A DNA stretch of 55,579 bases from the NCBI GenBank assembly GCA_029858305.1, contig JAOUFI010000008.1, positions 1 through 55,579 on the forward strand, read 5' to 3'. The translations under genes and the position numbers were made by a program. Shown here piece by piece: positions 19,341 to 28,559 of the stretch (the first letter of the stretch is position 1; each line of letters begins with the position of its first letter). Below the pieces are notes generated by a model. It saw only the letters and a list, made by a program, of their open reading frames with translations, was not told the origin of the DNA and did no database searches. The DNA comes from Candidatus Thorarchaeota archaeon. Its GTDB lineage: Archaea > Asgardarchaeota > Thorarchaeia > Thorarchaeales > Thorarchaeaceae.

Positions 19341-19459
19341 ATTATAGGCCTTCAATAGTTTCGATTTACATTTATCACTAATTTCTGTGGAAATTGACTC
19401 AAAGGATCGAATACAGGTTAGCTAATTATTCATTAATGGCATAACCAAAAGAATAATAA

Positions 19460-19471
19460 TAACTATTGTTA
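19460..19471. promoter_or_regulatory. Operator-like palindrome TAACTATTGTTA
   Basis: 10 nt upstream of ATG 19482; recurs at 20567, 24826 and 32431. Confidence 0.65.
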
Positions 19472-19481
19472 CTTATTTACT

Positions 19482-20534
19482 ATGAAAAGACTCGCTTTCG
19501 GACTCTTTGCGTTACTCACATTATTAATTTTCATCCCTTCAATTACAGCCCATGTACCTATATCTGCGCAGGATGGGGAAACACTAGAAACAGCATACAA
19601 TATCGAGGACCCTACTAAGTCTTGGGTAATATATTCGAACTTGCATGAGGGCGCAGAACCCCAATATTTTGCATTTGATATTGAAGCTGGAACAAAAATA
19701 ACAATGATGTTGGCAATTCCAGTAAACACTGATCCGAGCGTATTTCAACCATCAATTGCACTCATGGGGCCCGGTCTTGCCAATTCAAGTTCAATACCCA
19801 GTTATCTAGAGATTCCTGAATCAGTAGGTGTTATGATCTTTGAAAGTGAGTCAGCAACATTGGCATACGAAGGATTTACGCCAACCAGTTTCTATGAACT
19901 TATTCAACTAGAAATAATAGCTCCTCAAACAGGTGAATACTATTTTGCTGTCTATGAGCCAAATATGGGTGGTTCTTTTTCAATTGCATTAGGATATGTG
20001 GAATCATTCACACTAGATGAATGGGTACTAGTTCCATTCAATGTAATGATAATTCACCAGTGGAATGGGCAGAGTCTCCTAATGATCTTATCTCCAATGA
20101 TTTTTACCATCATCCTTGGTATGACATATCTTCTGTATCGTAGAGCTGAATTTCCAGCACTTGAAAATCCTATCAGTTGGATTGGAGCTATTGGTGCTCT
20201 CTTATTCATTGGAAGTGGTGTGACAATTTTCTATGAGATGGTTATTGCCGCTCTTGCATCAGTAGATATGCAGCTGATAATTACTTTCGTCTTTGGGCTA
20301 CTTCCAATACTTCTTGGTTATTACGTACTTCGCATTTTAATCAATGAGAATTGGTATGATCAAAAAGCTAAGCGAATTCGGCTATTGGTATTGGGACTAA
20401 TAGGGCCCTTTCTTTGGGCTGGTCTCCTAATCGGTCCTCTCCTTGTGATCATATGTTCATTTCTTTCTTCAGGCAAAGTACTAAGAAAAACGAGTGCGAT
20501 TAGTAACGAAGCACCATCACTGGTTCCCCAATAG
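19482..20534 (+). CDS. Membrane protein with secreted N-terminal beta-sandwich domain and 4-5 C-terminal TM helices
   Basis: Signal peptide ending A-HVP; TGEYYFAVY beta domain; hydrophobic C-terminal half. Confidence 0.75.
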   Translation: MKRLAFGLFALLTLLIFIPSITAHVPISAQDGETLETAYNIEDPTKSWVIYSNLHEGAEPQYFAFDIEAGTKITMMLAIPVNTDPSVFQPSIALMGPGLANSSSIPSYLEIPESVGVMIFESESATLAYEGFTPTSFYELIQLEIIAPQTGEYYFAVYEPNMGGSFSIALGYVESFTLDEWVLVPFNVMIIHQWNGQSLLMILSPMIFTIILGMTYLLYRRAEFPALENPISWIGAIGALLFIGSGVTIFYEMVIAALASVDMQLIITFVFGLLPILLGYYVLRILINENWYDQKAKRIRLLVLGLIGPFLWAGLLIGPLLVIICSFLSSGKVLRKTSAISNEAPSLVPQ

Positions 20535-20543
20535 TTTCTCTTC

Positions 20544-20578
20544 CGAAAAGATTATATAATATAAATTAACAATAGTTA
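20544..20578 (+). promoter_or_regulatory. BRE/TATA promoter followed by operator TAACAATAGTTA (20567-20578)
   Basis: CGAAAAG-ATTATATAA then the palindrome, upstream of the ABC exporter pair. Confidence 0.65.
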
Positions 20579-20643
20579 TTTAATCTTGAGGTAATCTGCA
20601 TTAGTGCAGTTATTAAAGTTTTTATTGATTATTTTGAGAGAGA

Positions 20644-22464
20644 TTGAAGATGTTAGCGGAAGGAAGAAAGCGGTACACTAGTGCCATGTCATATATTCTG
20701 GGTGGAATGAGGAAACATCCATTTCTAACCGTTGCTGCGCTACTGCTGACTCTAGTTGCATCGTTAATGACCGCCCTTCCATTTGTTCTTATTGGGCAGG
20801 CTATCGATGTGCTTAGCATTGAAGGATTCGGTACTGGTTTCTATGTTATTGTGTTTGCAATTGTTTTGCTAGGATTAGCATATTTAGGCAGTAATTTTAC
20901 TGCTGGTTGGCTATGGGCAGCAGTTGTGACTGGATGGGAACGTGATGCGAGACAAGAGTTGTTTGAATCCCTTCAAGAGCATAGCATGGCTTTTCATGAT
21001 CAAATCGATAGCAAGAAACTCCTCTCAATCTCAATGCAGGATCTCAACTGGATTAGAATGTCTCTAAATCCTGGACTACGGATGTTCATTGCTGGATTAC
21101 TGTCCTATGGCATCACAATAATCATTCTGTGGAATATTGACATCATCATTGGTCTGATTATGGCTGTAGGATTGATTCCTTACCTCTACTTTTCATATCG
21201 ATATGCAAATGTTGTCGAACCGGTCCGTCGCCAACGTGCAGAGAGAATGGAGAAACTGACGGCTTCCTCACAGGAGGTCTTCAGAGGAATCGAGGTTGTT
21301 AGAGCGTTTGGGTCTGAAAAGAGAGAGAAAGATAAGTTCGATATCGTAAGTGGAAATTATGCAAAGTCTGTAGAACAAGAGGGGCGACTATCTGCCTTCT
21401 TCTATCCGCAGCTTATCATTCTTGTCATTACAACAATTGCGTTTCTTGTTGGAGGACTTCAGTTAGGCGGCCTGCAATTAAGTCAGAGTGTAATCACAAC
21501 AGGCGGACTCGTTCAGATTCTCACCTTGCTTCTTGCCATAGATGCGCAGAACTTCATGCTTCCAAGAACTCTTCTAATGATCCGTGGAAGTCTTGTCAAT
21601 GCAAATCGAATCATCGATCTATTGAACTGGCAGGATCCACTTACTGAACCGGATGGCAAACCTTTGGAAGTCGACTGGTCTGGGGACATTGTCTTTCATA
21701 ATGTAAGTTTTCGCTATCCTAGTGAGAATGGAAACTCAAGGTACGTGCTAAAGAACATTGATTTCAGAATACCCGGTGGCTCGAAAGTTGCACTCATTGG
21801 CAGTCCTGGAGGCGGGAAGAGCTCTATCTTGAAGCTACTTCTTCGGTTTTATGATCCAACTGAAGGTTTCATCACAGTAGGCGGAACAGACCTCCGACAG
21901 ATTCGTTCTGATCAAGTTCGAAAGGCTGTTGGATTGGTTGAACAGGATGTGTTCCTGTTTAAGATGTCAATTAGGGATAATATTGCATATGGTAATCCAA
22001 ATGCCTCTCAAGAGGCTATAACTCAGGCTGCAATAAAGGCTCAAGCTCATGAATTCATTCAGGAGATGACGCAAGGCTATGACACACAAGTTGGTGAGAG
22101 AGGTTTCACCTTGAGTGGTGGACAACGCCAAAGGCTAGCTATTGCGCGTGCTCTAATGCATAATCCTCATATCTTACTACTTGATGACTCAACGAGTGCG
22201 ATTGATGCGAGAACAGAGTATCTAATGCGGAATGCTTTGGCAGAGGCGATGAATAATAGAACTAGTATTACTGTGACGCAACGGCTGAGAACATTACTAG
22301 AGTCTGATATTGTCATTATTGTAGACAAAGGCATGCTGATAGCTATTGGTTCACATGACGAACTCATACGGACTTCATCTCATTATAGGAAGATCTTTGA
22401 GCGTCTGCCAGAAACACGGAAACTCCTTGAGGAAGTTCCCGGGCAGGAGGTTGTAGTGGCATGA
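20644..22464 (+). CDS. Heterodimeric ABC exporter subunit (TMD-NBD, degenerate site)
   Basis: GSPGGGKSS, LSGGQRQR, Walker B LLLDD, H-switch replaced by Q (TVTQR). Confidence 0.93.
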   Translation: MKMLAEGRKRYTSAMSYILGGMRKHPFLTVAALLLTLVASLMTALPFVLIGQAIDVLSIEGFGTGFYVIVFAIVLLGLAYLGSNFTAGWLWAAVVTGWERDARQELFESLQEHSMAFHDQIDSKKLLSISMQDLNWIRMSLNPGLRMFIAGLLSYGITIIILWNIDIIIGLIMAVGLIPYLYFSYRYANVVEPVRRQRAERMEKLTASSQEVFRGIEVVRAFGSEKREKDKFDIVSGNYAKSVEQEGRLSAFFYPQLIILVITTIAFLVGGLQLGGLQLSQSVITTGGLVQILTLLLAIDAQNFMLPRTLLMIRGSLVNANRIIDLLNWQDPLTEPDGKPLEVDWSGDIVFHNVSFRYPSENGNSRYVLKNIDFRIPGGSKVALIGSPGGGKSSILKLLLRFYDPTEGFITVGGTDLRQIRSDQVRKAVGLVEQDVFLFKMSIRDNIAYGNPNASQEAITQAAIKAQAHEFIQEMTQGYDTQVGERGFTLSGGQRQRLAIARALMHNPHILLLDDSTSAIDARTEYLMRNALAEAMNNRTSITVTQRLRTLLESDIVIIVDKGMLIAIGSHDELIRTSSHYRKIFERLPETRKLLEEVPGQEVVVA

Positions 22465-24317
22465 GTAATAGTCGTGGACCACCTTCAAGGACCAGTAAGA
22501 AGCGGAGCCGCCCTGTGAGTGTTCTTCTAAGAAGGATGGGCGGATACTTTCGTGGATTTAGAAAAATCGTTATTATTGGTGCTTTCCTAGCTATCGCGTC
22601 GAGTATTATCGATGCCATCAGTCCACTTTTGCTCTCATCTGGAATTGATACTATAGTTGAGCTGATTGCTGGTTCAGATGTACTCTCAGCTATTCTACCT
22701 CTTGTGCTGCTCTATTTTGGATTGAGACTCGCTAGCTGGATTGCCGGTTCCTTCTATACTTGGGTCATCGCAAGGGCTCAAGCTGGATTCGTCCAGAGTG
22801 TGCAGAAAGATGTCCATGCCCATTTAATCGATGCAGATCTTTCCTATCACAAATTAGAGCAGAGTGGTAATGTCACCTCGAGAGTTACCTCGGACACAGA
22901 TGCGCTAAGCATTGGTATTCAGGTTCTAATGGACATTTCAAGCCAGCTTGTTCTTCTAGTTGTCACATTCCTGGTTCTATGGTTCACATCACCGATTGTG
23001 GCTCTCACTGCGTTGATTACAGTACCAGTTGTTATTGTTATGACTGTTCTATATGGTACAATCGGACAGCGCACAATGCTTGCTACACAGAGAGCATACG
23101 GCCAAGTATCTGGGCAAATCGCTGAGAATCTAAGTGGCATCCAAATTGCTAAAGCATTCAATAGAGAGAAAGAGACCTCTACTCAATTATTACAATTGAA
23201 TCAGGAAGCATACAAACACAACTTCCGATTGACTATGTTCTTCACATTCCTGTTTCCTACATTCCAAGCAACTGCAGTCTTCATCACTGCTGCTGTTCTT
23301 TTTGTTGGAGCTGGATTAGCTTTTGGAACTGTAGCTGTGATTAGCATCGGTGAATTATTCCTTGGAGTTATTCTTGTTCAGCGGTTTATGTTCCCGCTCA
23401 TTTTGGTCAGTCTGAATGGCACTCAAGTCCAAGCATCATTAGGTGCGATGGATCGAATTTCAGATGTCCTAGAGGCAAAACGTGCATTGACGGAATCTCC
23501 TAATGCTGTCGTTCTTGAGAAGGAAAGCGACGGGATCGTTTTTGATAACGTTACATTCTCATATCTTTCAGGATCAGAAGTTCTTCAGGATGTGAGTTTC
23601 AAGATAAATCCTGGAGAGACTGTGGCGATTGTTGGTAAGACTGGAGCAGGGAAATCCACAATTGCATCTCTAATCAATCGATTCTATGATCCACAAGAAG
23701 GTCGCATCCTAATAGGAGACCAGGACATACGAGACATTACCTTGAAGTCGCTGCATGATGCAGTATCGTTAGTTGCACAAGAGCCATATCTCTTCGATGG
23801 AACAGTCCTTGAAAACATGAAGTATGGAGCGCCGGAAATTACGGATGAGGAGGTAAAGGAAATTTGCACACTCACTCTAGCGTGCGAGTTTCTCGATACG
23901 CTACCAAATGGTTATGATTCTCTTGTTCTTGAAGGAGGAAAGAATTTGAGTTCTGGACAGAGGCAAATGATTACCATCGTACGAACCTTACTTGCTAATC
24001 CAAGAATTCTAATTCTTGACGAAGCCACAAGCCGACTCGATGCATATTCTGAATCCTTAGTTCAGTATGCTCAGGAAAAATTGTTTGCAACTCGAACAAC
24101 AGTTGTGATTGCACATAGACTTAGTACTATCGCAAATGCAGACCGAATCTTCGTGTTCGACCAGGGTCGCCTTGTTGAAACAGGTTCTCATGATGAGCTC
24201 TTGAAAATCAATGGAATCTACAAGTCCCTCTATGAAACCTATTATGCTCATCAGGGTATTCAAGAACTTTCAGTTGATACACTTGAAACTGAGGCGCCTA
24301 TTGATGCATCTAGATAA
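22461..24317 (+). CDS. Heterodimeric ABC exporter subunit (TMD-NBD, consensus site)
   Basis: GKTGAGKST, variant signature LSSGQ, ILDEATS, IAHRLST; ATGA overlap with partner. Confidence 0.93.
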   Translation: MSNSRGPPSRTSKKRSRPVSVLLRRMGGYFRGFRKIVIIGAFLAIASSIIDAISPLLLSSGIDTIVELIAGSDVLSAILPLVLLYFGLRLASWIAGSFYTWVIARAQAGFVQSVQKDVHAHLIDADLSYHKLEQSGNVTSRVTSDTDALSIGIQVLMDISSQLVLLVVTFLVLWFTSPIVALTALITVPVVIVMTVLYGTIGQRTMLATQRAYGQVSGQIAENLSGIQIAKAFNREKETSTQLLQLNQEAYKHNFRLTMFFTFLFPTFQATAVFITAAVLFVGAGLAFGTVAVISIGELFLGVILVQRFMFPLILVSLNGTQVQASLGAMDRISDVLEAKRALTESPNAVVLEKESDGIVFDNVTFSYLSGSEVLQDVSFKINPGETVAIVGKTGAGKSTIASLINRFYDPQEGRILIGDQDIRDITLKSLHDAVSLVAQEPYLFDGTVLENMKYGAPEITDEEVKEICTLTLACEFLDTLPNGYDSLVLEGGKNLSSGQRQMITIVRTLLANPRILILDEATSRLDAYSESLVQYAQEKLFATRTTVVIAHRLSTIANADRIFVFDQGRLVETGSHDELLKINGIYKSLYETYYAHQGIQELSVDTLETEAPIDASR

Positions 24318-24330
24318 ACAGGTTGGATGA

Positions 24331-24798
24331 TTAAGATGCTTCAAAGAGCTTTTTGACTGTAGATCTAAGTGAAAGAGACTTCTCTTGGTCAATTGCTCCC
24401 TCATTTCTCCAGAATATCTCTCCATGTTTATCAACAAGAAAGACATAGATTGTTTCTTCATTTTCTATCTCTAATGTTTCTTTGAATGGCGTTTTTTCGA
24501 TGTAGAGTGTGATTGTTCTTTTCCTCGTATCAACCGATCTAATCCCTGCTCTCATGCCACCGTCTATGAACCTTCTATATACGAAGTTCATCTTTCTTAT
24601 TGTTGGCAGTTCATAAAAATCAAGTTCTGAATATTTCTCCATCAATTCAGTCAACAGAGGAATCCAAGAGTCAACAAGGGTTTGATGCCATTGCTGAAAT
24701 GCTACTAACACTACATTCAATTTTCCTTTCAGTTGAGATGGGATCTCGAGTTTGTCTTGATTTAAGTTTTCAGCAATGAGATGAGGGAATTTTGGCAT
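24331..24798 (-). CDS. Cys-less thioredoxin-fold protein, ATP10-like
   Basis: VLVAFQQWHQTLVDSW, YELPTI, FIDGGMRAGI, YVFLVDKHGEIFWR pattern recalled from prokaryotic ATP10-family homologues. Confidence 0.55.
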   Translation of the reverse strand: MPKFPHLIAENLNQDKLEIPSQLKGKLNVVLVAFQQWHQTLVDSWIPLLTELMEKYSELDFYELPTIRKMNFVYRRFIDGGMRAGIRSVDTRKRTITLYIEKTPFKETLEIENEETIYVFLVDKHGEIFWRNEGAIDQEKSLSLRSTVKKLFEAS

Positions 24799-24825
24799 AT
24801 CTTGTAACTCCTATGTGAATATATT

Positions 24826-24837
24826 TAACTATCGTTA
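24826..24837. promoter_or_regulatory. Operator-like palindrome TAACTATCGTTA
   Basis: In the divergent gap between the genes starting at 24798(-) and 24901(+). Confidence 0.55.
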
Positions 24838-24900
24838 TCAATATTGTCCTATGGATTTTTAAAACAAGAAACCGTCTATACGCGAGTTGGAGAAAAAAAA

Positions 24901-25347
24901 ATGGAAAGCAATACAGAAGTAATGCAGCGGATAAAGAAGGTCATTAATTCTCAGAGTATCGCAGTTCTTGGTACTTCAAAGAATGACGAACCCTACTCAT
25001 GTCTAGTTGCATATGCTGTGACAGATGATGTTAGTCACTTTATATTTGCGACAATGCGTCAGCGACTAAAATACAGAAACCTATCAGTCAATCCAAGAGT
25101 TTCATTAATCATTGATGATAGAAGTGAGAAATCAAGTGATTTCAATGAAACTACTTCAATTACTGTTATAGGGACTGCAAGGGATATCGTTGGCCCTGAA
25201 CGTGATAAGAATGCTGCCCTTCTCTTGAGACGGCATCCTTCTCTAACAGATTTTGTTATTTCCCCTGAATGCGCGGTTATCCGAGTTGATGTTGACAAAA
25301 TCTACGTGGTGAGTGAATTTGAATCAGTTGTAACAATTGGAAAATAG
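24901..25347 (+). CDS. Pyridoxamine 5'-phosphate oxidase-like FMN-binding split-barrel protein
   Basis: AVLGT..PYSCLVAY, FAT...KYRNL..NPRVSLII; GGAG SD before ATG 24901. Confidence 0.85.
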   Translation: MESNTEVMQRIKKVINSQSIAVLGTSKNDEPYSCLVAYAVTDDVSHFIFATMRQRLKYRNLSVNPRVSLIIDDRSEKSSDFNETTSITVIGTARDIVGPERDKNAALLLRRHPSLTDFVISPECAVIRVDVDKIYVVSEFESVVTIGK

Positions 25348-25370
25348 ACTAATCCGCAATCAGATTTCTT

Positions 25371-26063
25371 TCAAAGATCAATCCTTGTGTCTGCATCTCT
25401 ATTCACGCCAATTCTTTCCATAAGAGAACCAATTGGATCTATATAGAACCGATGGTTGCAGGTAAGACATTTAACGGTGCTATTGTCTTCTACTTCATAA
25501 TCACGATAGTTATGTGAAATATGGCACCAAGGGCATTTCGCTCTGGTCCCTGCAAAAGATGGAAGATCCTTGTTAATCGATCGATACCTATATGGAAATG
25601 GATCAATATACTGCTTTGCGGCTGTTCGTCCAATGATACCAAGGACTATACAGTAGTCCATGAAAATGAGAACTAGAAAAACTGGTTGCATCCACTCAGG
25701 CAATGCGGTAATAACTGACAAAACTGCGGGAAAGGGGATAAAGAGAAGTTGTGCAACGACCGTAAGCATCATTCCCTGAGTCAACCACGCCTTGCCATTT
25801 TTTTTGCATCGATACGACCACAGATACTTAGCTGTGAGTGTGTTGGCAACTCCTACAATCACTGATAAAGCTATGAAAGCAAGCAGAACGGTGGGCCAGA
25901 CATTTGCTAGTATAATGCCGTGAGTATATCCCGCCACATACCATAATATAAGCAATCCAGGGAACAATGGATAGGTGAGGATAAACAATAGCAATCCGTT
26001 GAAGAAGGAATATACCACATCTGTCAACAGATTAAGTTCATTCCTTTCTGGGAGTCCCTCCAT
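25371..26063 (-). CDS. Membrane protein (paralogue family) with C-terminal zinc ribbon
   Basis: Four TM helices; CPWC...CLTC. Confidence 0.75.
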   Translation of the reverse strand: MEGLPERNELNLLTDVVYSFFNGLLLFILTYPLFPGLLILWYVAGYTHGIILANVWPTVLLAFIALSVIVGVANTLTAKYLWSYRCKKNGKAWLTQGMMLTVVAQLLFIPFPAVLSVITALPEWMQPVFLVLIFMDYCIVLGIIGRTAAKQYIDPFPYRYRSINKDLPSFAGTRAKCPWCHISHNYRDYEVEDNSTVKCLTCNHRFYIDPIGSLMERIGVNRDADTRIDL

Positions 26064-26187
26064 CAGAATCCCTCTTCATTCATTCTGGATTCTATAATCC
26101 TTACAAATTGTCTTAACGATTCTGGTTTCAGTACATATTCTTTTACAAGGATGAGAACCCTTTAGTACGAGTGCCGCATTATAAGAA

Positions 26188-26270
26188 GTGGGCGTCGGTG
26201 AAGTATCATGGTAACTAACTACCATCGGTTACCACACCCAACTGATACCTTACTGTCGCCCGCCTCTTTT
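26188..26270 (+). ncRNA. Candidate small structured non-coding RNA (or leader of the downstream phosphatase)
   Basis: About 19-bp outer helix, 8-nt bulge, 8-bp apical helix, 3' CTCTTTT; TATA-like CTTTAGTA at 26160-26167. Confidence 0.55.
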
Positions 26271-26303
26271 GAAGTCGTATTGTTTTGTAGATTGGCTTCG
26301 TAG

Positions 26304-26897
26304 ATGGCGCTAATGAAACGCAAGGAGAAGGGTGGAGTGTCAAATTCAATCTATTTTCTCAGACACGCGGAGACTTCTGTTGATCCCTCTCTACCAGTCA
26401 ATGAATGGTTAATTACCCCAAGAGGACTTCTTCGAGCACGTGAACTGGCAAGGTCAGAGGTCTTTGGTAAGATTGAAGGAATCGTCCATTCGAGCGAAAA
26501 AAAGGCGCGGCAGACTGCAGACGTTTTTGCTGAGGAACTTGCAGTGGATATTTATGAGATTCCAGAGCTTGCTGAGCTAAAGCGTCACCATGGAAAGTTT
26601 CTATCGAATCCAGAATATCGTTCGCTAGTGCGCGACACACTAACAGATTGGGATCACAGCGTTCGCGACTGGGAATCAGGTGCGGATGCAATACGCCGGT
26701 TTGTCGAGGGCGTGAAGAGAATCAATTTTATGTTCTATAGCAGGAATATACTCGCAATTTCACATGGTATTGTACTCACGCTCTATTTCTGTCAACTGCG
26801 CAATTTCCAATCCATTGCATACGAACGCTGGACACAAACGCCATTCTTAGCTTGGGGACTTGTCAGGGATGGACGAGTTCTCATTGATATTCTTTAA
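26304..26897 (+). CDS. Histidine phosphatase (phosphoglycerate mutase-like) family protein
   Basis: YFLRHAET, SS..KARQTA, LAE, ISHG. Confidence 0.88.
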   Translation: MALMKRKEKGGVSNSIYFLRHAETSVDPSLPVNEWLITPRGLLRARELARSEVFGKIEGIVHSSEKKARQTADVFAEELAVDIYEIPELAELKRHHGKFLSNPEYRSLVRDTLTDWDHSVRDWESGADAIRRFVEGVKRINFMFYSRNILAISHGIVLTLYFCQLRNFQSIAYERWTQTPFLAWGLVRDGRVLIDIL

Positions 26898-26957
26898 GTA
26901 TGTATGCTTTCAGAACCTTTTTCTATTAAAAATAGCACATCCATTGAGTGATTAACT

Positions 26958-27473
26958 ATGACGTCGAAGATAACCAAAGAGATGATAACATCTTTTTCGA
27001 AGTTTAAGACAGCATGGGAGAAAGATGCGGACAAACCAGAGAATACGATTATGTACTATCTTATAGCCGCATTGAACATCGAGAAGGATCCCAAGCTGGC
27101 TGAGGCAATGATGACAGTTGTAGTTTCTAAGAAAGACTGTCTCGAAGATGGTGGATCCCCGTCGGGATTAAAACTTGGAAAAAGTGCAAAATACTATATT
27201 GGCCAATTCCAGCAGAACAAGAATATCGCTCGGTCATACATAGGTGGTACAAATACCAATAGCTACAAGATTGATAGCAAGGTACTGACAATGACAGTTG
27301 TAAGCAAACAGGACATCAGCGGAGGTGTCAAGATCTTCATTCAGAGCGGTGGAAAAGATATGGCCACTCCTGTGCAACTTGCTAAGAATAATGAAGGTCA
27401 GTGGAAACTCACGAACTACAGCTCTATCTGTACTGGTGTAAAGAAGACAGTCGAAGAAGAAGGCGATTTCTGA
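26958..27473 (+). CDS. Conserved hypothetical protein (DUF6935-like)
   Basis: IARSYIGG, KIFIQSGGKD..TPVQL, WKL..YSSI.TGVK motifs; family name from recall only. Confidence 0.55.
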   Translation: MTSKITKEMITSFSKFKTAWEKDADKPENTIMYYLIAALNIEKDPKLAEAMMTVVVSKKDCLEDGGSPSGLKLGKSAKYYIGQFQQNKNIARSYIGGTNTNSYKIDSKVLTMTVVSKQDISGGVKIFIQSGGKDMATPVQLAKNNEGQWKLTNYSSICTGVKKTVEEEGDF

Positions 27474-27577
27474 ACAACTTGGTACTATTTTGGATTCAAA
27501 AAACCCTTCAACCTCTACTCAATTCTGGATGCCTCAAGTTGTCCTGTCACAGCAGGACAACTGTGAGCTTTCTCATT

Positions 27578-27982
27578 TCAATCTTCAATCAGATCTTTTT
27601 CTATGGCATCAATCAATTCATCCGACTTGGCTTCAGATTGGCGTGAATATACTTTGAACTCCTTATTGCAATTAGCGCATCTGACTTTTATTGGAAACTC
27701 CTCTGTCTTCATTCGATAGGAATAGATTGCCTTACAATGAGGACATGTCAGTCTTGTGTATTCTATCAATGAATCAGCATTGACTACTAGTTCGACGTGC
27801 CCACAAGATTTGCAAAGAATCGCTTCTAGTGGAGTAGAATCAAGCTCATCTTTTTGGTCTGAAATCCTAGTGAATTCCATTGGCGATTTAAGATGGGGAT
27901 AATAATGATACTCAAAGATGACTCCGCTCTGGAGATTGGCATTCCCACATCTAAGACAACTTCTACTCTTCATCCAGTTCAC
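27578..27982 (-). CDS. Double zinc-ribbon protein
   Basis: CLRC, CKSCGHVEL, CPHC, CANC; acidic helical tail DELIDAIEKDL. Confidence 0.75.
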   Translation of the reverse strand: MNWMKSRSCLRCGNANLQSGVIFEYHYYPHLKSPMEFTRISDQKDELDSTPLEAILCKSCGHVELVVNADSLIEYTRLTCPHCKAIYSYRMKTEEFPIKVRCANCNKEFKVYSRQSEAKSDELIDAIEKDLIED

Positions 27983-28121
27983 TCGCTTTTTCTTAGCGCG
28001 AGCGCCATTAAGGTCTTTGTAGATTTACTTCGTGCATACTATCAATGAAGTGGCATCGCCAAGTCACAGCTGTTTCAGTTTTACCAGCTTAATCACTATT
28101 TCATAACACAATTAATTAGTA

Positions 28122-28156
28122 AGCGAAATACTTATATATTGTAATACGTAATACAA
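28122..28156 (+). promoter_or_regulatory. BRE/TATA promoter and adjacent 18-bp palindrome TTGTAATACGTAATACAA
   Basis: GCGAAATAC-TTATATA, then the palindrome at 28139-28156 (16 of 18 positions symmetric). Confidence 0.65.
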
Positions 28157-28207
28157 ATACATGCAAGCCAAAAGACTTCGATTCGCGGGGTTGAGGTTTG
28201 GAGAGGA

Positions 28208-28327
28208 ATGGTGACCAAGATGACTGATGGAACGAAAGATGGTGAAGCCTTCGCAAGACGAAGAAATCGAAATTCGGGTCTCAAGACGCTTGATTCCCTG
28301 TACTATGAATATACTCGCACAAAGTGA
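28208..28327 (+). CDS. Micropeptide B, 39 aa (MVTKMTDGTKDGEAFARRRNRNSGLKTLDSLYYEYTRTK)
   Basis: Translated by hand; GGAGAGGA precedes ATG 28208 and GGTGA precedes in-frame ATG 28220. Confidence 0.55.
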   Translation: MVTKMTDGTKDGEAFARRRNRNSGLKTLDSLYYEYTRTK

Positions 28328-28350
28328 TCTAAGAGAATGAGGTGAAAAAT

Positions 28351-28449
28351 ATGGCACTATCAAAGAATGAAAAGCGAAAGTTGAACGGGACTAAGAGAAT
28401 TCCTTCTACTGAAGCTCTCGCATATGCATGGCTCTACAGAGAGTTGTAG
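28351..28449 (+). CDS. Micropeptide C, 32 aa (MALSKNEKRKLNGTKRIPSTEALAYAWLYREL)
   Basis: Canonical archaeal SD GAGGTGA (28339-28345) 5 nt before ATG; followed by hairpin and T-tract. Confidence 0.65.
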   Translation: MALSKNEKRKLNGTKRIPSTEALAYAWLYREL

Positions 28450-28481
28450 AGACTGCAGTATCAGTCATCTATGGTCCAAAT

Positions 28482-28536
28482 TGAGAGAGTGTACTCAGAT
28501 TCAAACTCTGAGCACTCTTCTCACAATTTCTTTTTT
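28482..28536 (+). terminator. Hairpin plus oligo-T closing the micropeptide B/C unit
   Basis: TGAGAGAGTG(TA)CTCAGA / TCTGAGCACTCTTCTCA then TTTCTTTTTT. Confidence 0.6.
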
Positions 28537-28559
28537 CTCGGGGATTTTATACTATCTAA

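Noticed and set aside
26188-26270. tRNA, SECIS or C/D-box RNA
   Set aside because: No T-arm GTTCRA and no cloverleaf; no tandem GA quartet in SECIS geometry; GTGAAG and CTGA are buried in Watson-Crick helix and the C box is poor
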